From: Bacteroidaceae bacterium
Lineage (GTDB): Bacteria > Bacteroidota > Bacteroidia > Bacteroidales > Bacteroidaceae
Length of the DNA stretch: 64,000 nucleotides
Assembly (NCBI GenBank): GCA_045597745.1
Contig: JAZLKQ010000528.1
Location: 2,208-66,207, forward strand
Direction: 5' to 3'
Shown: piece after piece, positions 37,239 to 44,862 of the stretch
How positions within the stretch are numbered: the stretch's first letter is position 1
Layout: each line of letters starts with the position of its first letter
Made by a program: the position numbers and the translations under genes
Notes under the pieces: generated by a model
Databases searched by the model: none
What the model saw: only the letters and a program-made list of their open reading frames with translations
What the model was told of the DNA's origin: nothing

Positions 37239-38360
37239 TTACAGACCGTAAAAGGTTTTTGCTCCTGCTGTCTGGTCAACTGTCCCATCTGCACTGACTC
37301 CACTCATTCCATAAGCCGAAGAAGCCACTTTGCTGAGAAGTTCGGCAGACTTGTTTACATAAGGAAGCAGTTTATGACCCGCCTCGCTTGCAGTCATCTT
37401 GCCATTGTCAACGTCGTCGAGTATGTTTTTCACCTTTGCCATATCCGTACCGTCAAGGTCAGCCACATTACCAATGTGTGAGTATATGTTTGCATATAGC
37501 GACTCCGGCTTGATGTCCATGACTTGACGCTGACCGCCATTGGCATCACCTTCTATTGTGATTCTGATACTTGAAGATGAACCGCCACCACCTTCAACAG
37601 AAGCCTTTACCCTGCCGTTGGCAGCAGCACGTTCCATTGCCAGCGACTCATCGTAGCGATAGCCGCCAGGAGCTGATGCGTCCGGCACAAAGCCATTGGC
37701 CAGCATGGACGCATCCTTGCTTGATTTAGCCATGCTTTCCTGCTGTTCGGCACCGATACCCTGCATTGTCGCGCTCATCTGTGTCTTGTTGATGTCTGTC
37801 TGTGCGCCGTAAGCCTCCTTTGCTATGCCCAGTCTGCCGTTTGCCTGTTTGTCAGCAGCAGAGATCTTGAGCTGTGCCAGGTTGGTAGTGTTACCCTGAC
37901 GCAGTTGTGCAAGGTGCATCTGTGCCTGTGCTTGCTTATCCTTGATAGCATCAAGACGTGACTGCCTATGCTTGCGGTTTGCGTCTGCCTCTCGCATCCA
38001 GTTCTGTGTCATGCCCTGATACTGCTGATTGCTTGCACCCCTTGCCACTCCTGCAAGGTTGGCAATAGCCGTAGCCATTTCTGTAGCTGCGGCCCATGTA
38101 TTGCGCTTGGTCTCGGCATTGGTCAGGATATCATTCTCCTTTTGCGCGTTCTGCAAATCCTGATTGCGCTGATTAACGATGTTATAGAACGATGCCTCGG
38201 CCTGTTGGTTGGCATTGTTAATTACATCTATCTGCTCTTGTGTTTGCTGATTCTGCTCATCAAGAGCCTGCTGTGCTTGCTGTATGTACTGACCGGAAGC
38301 GGCTTGCTGCTGCTGTGCATACTTGTCAGCCTCATCCTGGTAATTCTTCTTTACACCCAT
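37239..38360 (-). CDS. Q/N/A-rich coiled-coil protein (internal/ejection or tape-measure-like; a guess)
   Basis: 373 aa with low-complexity QQAQQALDEQNQQTQEQ... ATGA overlap with the upstream ORF, and it ends 32 nt before the giant ORF. Confidence 0.6.
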   Translation of the reverse strand: MGVKKNYQDEADKYAQQQQAASGQYIQQAQQALDEQNQQTQEQIDVINNANQQAEASFYNIVNQRNQDLQNAQKENDILTNAETKRNTWAAATEMATAIANLAGVARGASNQQYQGMTQNWMREADANRKHRQSRLDAIKDKQAQAQMHLAQLRQGNTTNLAQLKISAADKQANGRLGIAKEAYGAQTDINKTQMSATMQGIGAEQQESMAKSSKDASMLANGFVPDASAPGGYRYDESLAMERAAANGRVKASVEGGGGSSSSIRITIEGDANGGQRQVMDIKPESLYANIYSHIGNVADLDGTDMAKVKNILDDVDNGKMTASEAGHKLLPYVNKSAELLSKVASSAYGMSGVSADGTVDQTAGAKTFYGL

Positions 38361-38944
38361 CAGTTATTCTCCTTTTGAAGTTTCAGACGTTCAATCTCTG
38401 CCTGTGCCGCCTGATCCTGACGCGCACCGATATAGTTGACACCAGCCGCAACACCCTGCCCTGCTGCCTGTGCTATTGCCGCACCCTGCTGTGCATGCAT
38501 TTGTGCCTGCTGCTGTGCAAGAGCATTGTCAGTCTGCTGATATCTCTGCTCAACACCTTCCTTGTAGCTCTCGGCATTAGCGGCTATGTTGCTTGTTGTC
38601 TCTGCCACGGAATCTGCGGCCTGCTGCTTCTGCATTGCTACCGATGCATCAGTGCCACCAGCAACAGCATTAGTTGCCCTTGCCGTCTTAAGGCCGTTCT
38701 GCAACAGCTCTCTCTGCTTGTTGATTGCAGCCTTTGAATCTGCTCTCTCGGTGTAGTCCTGATTCATGCGTATGTTGTACCATGCCTCGTTCTTTGCCCT
38801 CTGATTACTGATTAACCTGCGTGCCCTGTCATTCTCACGCTTGCTCTGTATTGCGCCATAGATAGCACTGCCAAGAGCAACAGCGCCACCAATAGCGCCA
38901 CCCTGCAAATTGCTTACTGCCTGCTTTATCAAATCCTCTGCCAT
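38360..38944 (-). CDS. Q/A-rich hypothetical virion protein
   Basis: The start is moved to the ATG at 38944 (MAEDLIKQ) because the longer start at 38983 falls inside late element #4. Gly/Ala-rich hydrophobic N-terminal stretch. Confidence 0.55.
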   Translation of the reverse strand: MAEDLIKQAVSNLQGGAIGGAVALGSAIYGAIQSKRENDRARRLISNQRAKNEAWYNIRMNQDYTERADSKAAINKQRELLQNGLKTARATNAVAGGTDASVAMQKQQAADSVAETTSNIAANAESYKEGVEQRYQQTDNALAQQQAQMHAQQGAAIAQAAGQGVAAGVNYIGARQDQAAQAEIERLKLQKENN

Positions 38945-38965
38945 GATGATATTTCCTTGTGGCTG

Positions 38966-39009
38966 CGAAATAAATGCAGGCATCTTTCTCTGTTGGTCTA
39001 TCTTAGCCT
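38966..39009 (-). promoter_or_regulatory. late-promoter-like composite element #4
   Basis: AGGCTAAGATAGAC (39009..38996), a 22-nt spacer, then TTATTTCG (38973..38966). It lies 21 nt before the ATG at 38944. Confidence 0.5.
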
Positions 39010-39089
39010 TACGCAGGTCATGTTATTCTGGTGTTATCCTGTGTTATTATTACATAGGTGATGCACACTTAACACAGCAAGTAGAAAAT

Positions 39090-39166
39090 TATCTATTGGT
39101 ACACATTTTCAAGTGGTGGTCTCGGATTTTCTCGGGAAAACACTTTAGCACCTGTATCTATTGGTA
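39090..39166. repeat. two copies of TATCTATTGGTA in a 320-bp non-coding region
   Basis: Perfect 12-mers at 39090..39101 and 39155..39166. GGCGAATAA also occurs twice nearby (about 39182-39199). Confidence 0.8.
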
Positions 39167-39215
39167 GAATTTTACTGAAAAGGCGAATAAAAGGGCGAAT
39201 AAGCACACACGCGCA

Positions 39216-39250
39216 CATAAAAGCAATGCCCACCCTCACGGGCAGGCATT
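39216..39250 (-). terminator. intrinsic terminator after the connector-gene operon
   Basis: Minus sense: AAUGCCUGCCC-GUGA-GGGUGGGCAUU (11-bp stem with two wobble pairs, minus-strand specific) followed by GCTTTTATG. Confidence 0.6.
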
Positions 39251-39301
39251 ACCAACGAATTTAAAAACATAAAACTTATATGACTATTTCACAGTATCAG
39301 A

Positions 39302-39607
39302 TTATCCTTCTTCTGATAGGGCATCAAGTTCCTCCTTGAAGCCCTTATGCTCTATATCAGCCTTAACCTCAACAGAAGCCAGCTTAGGCAAGACGTAAGG
39401 CACCAGGTCTTTCATTATCCTTGCTCTTTCTGCCGGATCCATGTCTTTGAGGTCTTCTGCAAGGGAGAACTCCGCTCCCTCACCTCCGTTTATGTACCCC
39501 TCAACCACAGGCGCAAGTATGTTGCGCATCTCCCTTGTGGTCTTGTTAGGTGTGTTTGGTTTGCGCCCAGCACCTGCCGGACGTTTGTCTCCTTTCTTGA
39601 ATGGCAT
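39302..39607 (-). CDS. small basic-N-terminus protein (DUF5681/small-terminase-like N-terminus; uncertain)
   Basis: 101 aa. MPFKKGDKRPAGAGRKPNTPNKTT is followed by an acidic helical tail. 1-nt overlap with the upstream ORF. Confidence 0.55.
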   Translation of the reverse strand: MPFKKGDKRPAGAGRKPNTPNKTTREMRNILAPVVEGYINGGEGAEFSLAEDLKDMDPAERARIMKDLVPYVLPKLASVEVKADIEHKGFKEELDALSEEG

Positions 39608-40146
39608 CAGAAATATCTCTTTTTAGGGCCAAAAGGCTGCATAGGCCTCTTGACCACGTTGGTTGAACGTAAGTTGTTTGTTATCTCATTCTCCAGGTCC
39701 TTGAGCTGCTTTTCGTACTCGCGGCTCTGCTGCATGCCCATGCCGGCCCCGTACCAGTCAAACAGCGCACCATACACCAGGTATCTGTGTATGTATGTGG
39801 CAACAGCCTTAAGCAGCGCATCCTTGAAGGTTGCATCAAGTATGAACTTGTATATTATCTTGCCGTCCAGAACCTGCTCGTTCCCGGCAACGTGTATCTC
39901 TACGTCATCGGCCAGGGCAAACGAAAGGAGTTGGCGCAGCTTTGCATCACGGAACTCTATGTTGCGCGAAAGAATGTGACCGTCCAGATCCTCCGTAGAA
40001 TCACTTGACATCGCATTCTCTACTTTCGGCTGTGGGACACTTGATGCTTCCGCAAACTTGTACGTCAAAGCGTCAATATCCTTATATAGCTCATCCTTTA
40101 TGATGCAAATTACGCGCTCCTTCTTTTCTTCTGTATCGTATATCAT
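39607..40146 (-). CDS. hypothetical head-tail connector-size protein
   Basis: 179-aa ATG ORF with a 4-nt overlap with the upstream ORF, in the late operon. Confidence 0.6.
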   Translation of the reverse strand: MIYDTEEKKERVICIIKDELYKDIDALTYKFAEASSVPQPKVENAMSSDSTEDLDGHILSRNIEFRDAKLRQLLSFALADDVEIHVAGNEQVLDGKIIYKFILDATFKDALLKAVATYIHRYLVYGALFDWYGAGMGMQQSREYEKQLKDLENEITNNLRSTNVVKRPMQPFGPKKRYF

Positions 40147-40616
40147 ACCTGTGGCGGCTCCTTGGTGTATATCAGTTCATCTATCTCATTGCCTATCTCT
40201 ATTGCCCGTAGGCTCCTGTTCTTGCTCATTTCTCCCTGCCCCACGTTAGCGTAGTGACGTGTCAGTATCAGGTTAACCAGAAACTCCTGCATCTTGTCGC
40301 ACAGAGACACGACCTTGTTTGCTGCACGTCTCTCTGACATCTGAAGCTGGAACACGATACTCTCCGGCATCGCCACCATAAGGTTGTCGGCAGTCGCTGG
40401 CACCGCGTCAATCACCACCGCACGTTTCAGCACGCGATGCATGACGCGCTTGAGGCTTCCCACGGCATACGTCAGTTCACGGTATATCTCTTCCCGGTTG
40501 TTAGTGCCTACCTCGGCAGAATAGCGCACGTCAGGATCCTGTATGCCTGCTGCCTCCTGACGGCTCAGCCTCTCCAGCTCGCGGAAGATTTTATCTGTGT
40601 ATAGTGTTATCTCCAT
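40143..40616 (-). CDS. hypothetical head-tail connector-size protein
   Basis: The ORF-track start at 40628 is a GTG. The ATG at 40616 (MEITLYTD) lies 1 nt after the upstream stop. Confidence 0.6.
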   Translation of the reverse strand: MEITLYTDKIFRELERLSRQEAAGIQDPDVRYSAEVGTNNREEIYRELTYAVGSLKRVMHRVLKRAVVIDAVPATADNLMVAMPESIVFQLQMSERRAANKVVSLCDKMQEFLVNLILTRHYANVGQGEMSKNRSLRAIEIGNEIDELIYTKEPPQV

Positions 40617-40617
40617 A

Positions 40618-41268
40618 TCACAACTCACTTGTTATTGTCCTGCGTGTAAGCAGCAGATTCTTTGCCTTGGCAAGCAAGGCCGTACTCTTGTCTGCATACT
40701 CCTGCACCTTGGCTTCGTACTTCTCCGCACACCAGTATGCTACCACGCTCATGATTATGTAGTCATCAATGACTGGCTTTGCCATGGCCTCCGTCCCCTT
40801 GTCCAGGTCTGGAAGGTAAAGACCGAATCCGTCACGATACAGGTCAAACGGACGTTCCGGTCCGGCACCTGTATAGGTCAGGACTATGTCGGTGTCTCCG
40901 ATATGCAGATGATATATAGGGTCTGCCTTTGGCGGCTGTACGATATACAGCTCACCACCGGACAAAGTACCGTCCGCATTGAGAACCTTGCTTCCCTGGG
41001 CAGGATTAGGCGACGTTGTGAAATACTGCCTGTTGTTATCTCCCTGCCATCTGTACCACAGCAGAGGAGTGACATACCGCGCCATGGACATGACGAAAGT
41101 GCTGACGGCATTGTCCACCATCAGCTGCAATGTTTCCTTGTCCCTTGACGTGATTGCTATGCCGTCATACAGTAGGTTGCCGTCCTTGTCCACGGCATTA
41201 GCCGCAAGGCGTGACACCTCGCGCTTTATCCCTTCCTGTATCAGAGTATCATCGATGATATATTCCAT
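40618..41268 (-). CDS. hypothetical late protein
   Basis: The ORF-track start at 41286 is a TTG inside late element #5. The first ATG is at 41268 (MEYIIDDT), only 5 nt after the -7-like box. Confidence 0.55.
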   Translation of the reverse strand: MEYIIDDTLIQEGIKREVSRLAANAVDKDGNLLYDGIAITSRDKETLQLMVDNAVSTFVMSMARYVTPLLWYRWQGDNNRQYFTTSPNPAQGSKVLNADGTLSGGELYIVQPPKADPIYHLHIGDTDIVLTYTGAGPERPFDLYRDGFGLYLPDLDKGTEAMAKPVIDDYIIMSVVAYWCAEKYEAKVQEYADKSTALLAKAKNLLLTRRTITSEL

Positions 41269-41273
41269 GGCCG

Positions 41274-41317
41274 CGAAAATATGCAAGCCATGGAACGCTG
41301 TAAGTCTATCTTAGCCT
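41274..41317 (-). promoter_or_regulatory. late-promoter-like composite element #5
   Basis: AGGCTAAGATAGAC (41317..41304), a 22-nt spacer, then TATTTTCG (41281..41274). The integrase TAA stop (41311-41313) lies inside the 14-mer. Confidence 0.5.
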
Positions 41318-42378
41318 ATTTGAGGTATCAGCTCTGCCGCCTCGCGCTTCTTCTTGTCCACCACCTTTGCGTAAATCTGCGTAGTGTTTACGTTAGAGTG
41401 TCCCAGCAGCCTTGATACGGTGTATATGTCTGCTCCGTATGTTATGAGCAATGTCGCGTATGTGTGACGTGCGCAGTGAAATGTTATGTGCTTATTGATG
41501 CCTGCCCTCTTCACCCATGTGGCCAGCACCTCGCCCAAAGCATTACGGTTGAACGCGCGGAAAACGTTCTTCATATACGGATTGCGTTTCGGAAGCCATG
41601 CTATAGCATTTTCCGTCAGTGGCACCTGCACCATCCTCTTTGTCTTGACCTGCACCTTCTCCACCATCATGCCGTTCTCATCCTGCTTTATCTCTTCCCA
41701 CGTCAGAGTCTCCAGGTCTATGAGACGGAGTCCCGTGAAGCATGAGACAAGAAACATGTTCTTGACAAGAGACTGACAAGGAGTTGCCATAAGCTTCTTC
41801 ACCTCATCAAGCGTGAGAAATTCACGCTTTACCTCTTCCATTTCCGGCTTTTCCTTTCTTGCCAGCTTGCTTGCTGGGTTGATGTCAAGAAGATCTTCGC
41901 GCACCGCAGCACTGAGCAGGGTGACAATGGTGAAAAAGTATGTGTAGCATGTGTTCACACTATACTTGCCCGTCCTCTGTAATGAACGTGAGAATTCCCT
42001 CAACCATGCACCATCTATCTCATCAAGGTACAACTTGCCCACGAACTTCTTTACCTTTGCATACCCCTCTGCGCGTGAGTGACTGCCACGACTCTCATAC
42101 TCCGCGACCTTTTCATCTATGTAATCCGAAAACAACTTGCGCTGTCTCTTCGGCTTTATTCCGGCCATACCGTTCTGGAGATCTATAGTGCGCTGTGCCT
42201 TGATGGTCATTGCCGCCTTCATGGTCTCCTGGTTCTGTATCTTGTCCAGCTTTGTCTTCTCTGCAACAAGGTACATCTTAAGATATTCCTTGCGTCTTAC
42301 ACCATTGATGCTGTAATCAAGATACAAGCTCTGTCCCTCGCGCATCGGCTTCTTCCTGAGTGTTACAAGCTCCTTCAT
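41311..42378 (-). CDS. int: tyrosine site-specific integrase
   Basis: C-terminal HCARHTYATLLITYGADIYTVSRLLGHSNVNTTQIYAKV carries the R..H-x-x-R..Y catalytic signature. The N-terminal LRKKPMREGQSLYLDYSINGVRRKEYL is a Bacteroidales-type arm-binding domain. The first ATG is at 42378. Confidence 0.9.
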   Translation of the reverse strand: MKELVTLRKKPMREGQSLYLDYSINGVRRKEYLKMYLVAEKTKLDKIQNQETMKAAMTIKAQRTIDLQNGMAGIKPKRQRKLFSDYIDEKVAEYESRGSHSRAEGYAKVKKFVGKLYLDEIDGAWLREFSRSLQRTGKYSVNTCYTYFFTIVTLLSAAVREDLLDINPASKLARKEKPEMEEVKREFLTLDEVKKLMATPCQSLVKNMFLVSCFTGLRLIDLETLTWEEIKQDENGMMVEKVQVKTKRMVQVPLTENAIAWLPKRNPYMKNVFRAFNRNALGEVLATWVKRAGINKHITFHCARHTYATLLITYGADIYTVSRLLGHSNVNTTQIYAKVVDKKKREAAELIPQIG

Positions 42379-42624
42379 AATGAGGTACAAAAAAGGGACA
42401 AATAATTAGGAAAATGTGGGAAATAGGCGGGAATTAAACGGGTAATTCCGTCCCTTCTAACACCATTTGTACCATACTCAAAAGACACTATGTCAGTCAT
42501 TTGGATAGTCATTTTACACGTTTTGCTTCTGAACATATTTACTTATATTTATATTGTATTTATATTACTAATCTATAATCTTTTATCGTGTTTTCTACAA
42601 CCCCACCCAGGGCCACTCAAGGGA

Positions 42625-43359
42625 CTAAAAGGCATTCTGGTACAAGAACACATCTGCTTCATGGGTGCCATGGTACAGATATGGCTTGCCGTTGCTATGT
42701 TTGTACTTCACATTTATCAGAAGATATTCCCCGGACAGAGATATTACATTCTGGGAATGCAGGAACTCAATGATGTTCTGCGCTATCACAAGGAAGCGGA
42801 ACCTACCCACATCCTCACGCAGTGCAATCACATAGACAACGTTGTGCTGACGGTTGTTGTCAAACGAAGCCTTGCTTATCTTTACACTTGCCTTAAGATT
42901 CTGATCCAGGTGTGTAGTCTTCACCTGGACAAAGGTGAACTTGTTATCCTTGCTGGCAACAATATCTATCCCCTCATCCACCGTCATGAGCGTTGCGTTA
43001 TATCCTCTCATCAGATACTCCGTCATGACAGCATACTCTCCTGCCCTGCCTATGAAATTGGTATCCTTTCCGCTGCCGCTATTACCGACTGGCGGTTCTG
43101 GAAGTTCCGCTTCCATCTTTGTCCTATATACACCCCTTTTGCACGAAACACTACTATCAGGGTCAGCAGACAGTTGGTAAAGAGCATCCTTTATTACCTT
43201 GATGTATTCTTTTCTTTCCTTCTCATCCTTGCCCTTGTTGAACAGCTCTCCCTGGGGAGCAAGCTTTCCAATTATCTGCTCCCTTGTCAGCCCCTTTGAG
43301 TCTGTCTTCTCAAGGATGCGTTCAATATCCTTTATGACTACTTCTATGCTTGGAATCAT
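42625..43359 (-). CDS. winged-helix + PD-(D/E)xK (restriction-endonuclease-fold) protein
   Basis: GRAGEYAVMTEYLMRGYNATLMTVDEGIDIVASKDNKFTFVQVKTT parallels the YraN/Hjc-type motif GE..A...L...GY......GEIDLIA....vfVEVK. The N-terminus is winged-helix-like (HARE/Mrr_N-like). It is the last gene of the repressor operon. Confidence 0.55.
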   Translation of the reverse strand: MIPSIEVVIKDIERILEKTDSKGLTREQIIGKLAPQGELFNKGKDEKERKEYIKVIKDALYQLSADPDSSVSCKRGVYRTKMEAELPEPPVGNSGSGKDTNFIGRAGEYAVMTEYLMRGYNATLMTVDEGIDIVASKDNKFTFVQVKTTHLDQNLKASVKISKASFDNNRQHNVVYVIALREDVGRFRFLVIAQNIIEFLHSQNVISLSGEYLLINVKYKHSNGKPYLYHGTHEADVFLYQNAF

Positions 43360-43733
43360 TTCACCACGCTTATTTCTGCCCTTGCTCCTCCTCCCTGGTT
43401 CCTACTCATGTCCAGAAAGGAGTCAAAGAGCTTATGATAATCCTTCTTCGCGCCAAGCAACTCCTTGCGCAGGTTCTCAACCTCTTTCAGGAGTGTGCCG
43501 TTATTCTCAACCAACTTGTAGTTGTTCTCTATCAGCTGATCACGGGAATGTTCCAAGCTTGTCAGGTGCTTGTCGTATATCTCCATCATGTCCTTGCACG
43601 TTCCCTGCAACTTCTCAACAATCTCGTTAGTACGGTCTATCCGGGCTTCCGATTCTTTCAGCATCGTCAGGAATGTAGGTTGCAATCCCAAGACAACGCC
43701 TTGTATAACCCTTTTAACATCTTCATCATTCAT
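43356..43733 (-). CDS. coiled-coil hypothetical protein
   Basis: 125 aa, overlapping both the cI-like gene (8 nt) and the nuclease-like gene (4 nt). Confidence 0.55.
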   Translation of the reverse strand: MNDEDVKRVIQGVVLGLQPTFLTMLKESEARIDRTNEIVEKLQGTCKDMMEIYDKHLTSLEHSRDQLIENNYKLVENNGTLLKEVENLRKELLGAKKDYHKLFDSFLDMSRNQGGGARAEISVVK

Positions 43734-44115
43734 GACCTAACTTCTTTATCAAGTCCTGTATCATGTTCCAGTACTGCTCGCACCTTGCTTCGGACTGCTC
43801 ACACCTTGCCTCGGACTGCTTCAACAGGGACTCAAGATGCTCAATCTTTATCTTGTAAGCTTCCTCATTACCACCTATTTTAATAGAGGCTGTGTTTGCG
43901 ATGCCGTGCGCAGACGCAGACATAGTCATACCATCCTGCAACATTGATGTGTCCCAGCCGTTTTCGTTTTCAAGAATCTTACGCAAGTTGTCTTCCGACG
44001 GATTGTTTACTCCATTAACCATTCTTGATACTGATGGCTCTGTTACACCTAAATATGCAGCCAATTCCTTCTGCTTAATTCCGTTTTTTCTCAAAAATTC
44101 TTTAATTCTACTCAT
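43726..44115 (-). CDS. cI-like repressor (XRE-family HTH)
   Basis: IKQKELAAYLGVTEPSVSRMVNG is an HTH_3/XRE motif, followed by a coiled-coil C-terminus. The gene is divergent from a cro-like gene. Confidence 0.75.
   Translation of the reverse strand: MSRIKEFLRKNGIKQKELAAYLGVTEPSVSRMVNGVNNPSEDNLRKILENENGWDTSMLQDGMTMSASAHGIANTASIKIGGNEEAYKIKIEHLESLLKQSEARCEQSEARCEQYWNMIQDLIKKLGHE
43774..43815. repeat. 21-bp tandem duplication inside the cI-like gene
   Basis: ctgctcgcaccttgcttcgga / ctgctcacaccttgcctcgga (2 mismatches). It encodes the duplicated heptad EARCEQS. Confidence 0.85.
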
Positions 44116-44132
44116 AATTTCTTCTCAACTTG

Positions 44133-44163
44133 TTTGTAACTTACGTAAGTTACGTTATCTTTG
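44133..44163 (+). promoter_or_regulatory. host-type early (cro-side) promoter
   Basis: TTTG (44133-44136), a 19-nt gap, then TATCTTTG (44156-44163). This matches the Bacteroides -33 TTTG / -7 TAnnTTTG architecture. Confidence 0.65.
44136..44153. promoter_or_regulatory. 18-bp perfect palindromic operator
   Basis: GTAACTTAC|GTAAGTTAC lies between the -33 and -7 elements of the early promoter, 21 nt from the cI-like start codon. Confidence 0.65.
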
Positions 44164-44219
44164 CGGTTGTCAAAGGCCTCAACATCCAACCTTCAAAACC
44201 TTTGACACCGAAAGACAAA

Positions 44220-44474
44220 ATGCAAAGTAACGATTTAAACTTGATTGACGCAAGGACTTTCCCCGAAATTTACAAGTCCATGCCTGCTGCAATGCAGCGA
44301 ACAATGCGCGAACAATTGTCGCATCAGATGAACGTGACACGCGCAACAGTTTACAACTGGGCTAATGGTACCACCACCCCACCGTATGATGACATCAAGA
44401 AGAAGGTTCAGCAGATCCTGCAAAAGAACTTCGGCATCAACGCTAACTTCCAATCTTTATTCCCGAAGAAATGA
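44220..44474 (+). CDS. cro-like HTH regulator
   Basis: The ATG at 44220 (MQSNDLNL...). QMNVTRATVYNWANG is an HTH turn motif. First gene of the rightward early operon. Confidence 0.65.
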   Translation: MQSNDLNLIDARTFPEIYKSMPAAMQRTMREQLSHQMNVTRATVYNWANGTTTPPYDDIKKKVQQILQKNFGINANFQSLFPKK

Positions 44475-44668
44475 AACCTTTCTGTGTCATGTCGGCCGTT
44501 ATCGGCTCTCTATTCAACTCGCAGTTTTACTATTTCGACACCATCCTTGAAGCCAGGCAGAAGCAGGCAGAACTACTTGTCACACTCCCGGCCAAGTATG
44601 AGGTTGAGATTTATCACACCGACCCATGGAAGAAATACAAGCGCAACTTAGTGAAATTAAGAAGCTGA
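44471..44668 (+). CDS. hypothetical protein
   Basis: 65 aa with an ATGA overlap with the cro-like gene. It overlaps the next ORF by 43 nt, so its boundaries are uncertain. Confidence 0.4.
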   Translation: MKPFCVMSAVIGSLFNSQFYYFDTILEARQKQAELLVTLPAKYEVEIYHTDPWKKYKRNLVKLRS

Positions 44669-44862
44669 CCTTGCTTGCCGCAAAGAACGTGCTTTCCGTG
44701 GCCGACCTTGCCTTGCTGCTTGACCGCTCTCCCAAGACCATATACAACAGCCTTGATGAGATACCGCACTACCGCAACGGCAAAGGCATCTGGTTCAAGC
44801 GCAGCGAGATTGAGGCATGGCAGTGTCAAGTAAAATGCTCCCCAAAGACAATACGAAGATGA
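44626..44862 (+). CDS. excisionase/AlpA-like HTH (MerR-type HTH_17) protein
   Basis: VLSVADLALLLDRSPKTIYNSLDEIPHYRNGKGIWFKRSEIEAW matches the Xis/HTH_17 pattern. Confidence 0.6.
   Translation: MEEIQAQLSEIKKLTLLAAKNVLSVADLALLLDRSPKTIYNSLDEIPHYRNGKGIWFKRSEIEAWQCQVKCSPKTIRR

Noticed and set aside
38910-39167. 85-aa plus-strand ORF in the large intergenic gap
   Set aside because: It starts inside the minus-strand gene and runs through late element #4. Its sequence is Cys/Ile/Phe-rich and unconvincing, and there is no promoter box or coupling to neighbours.
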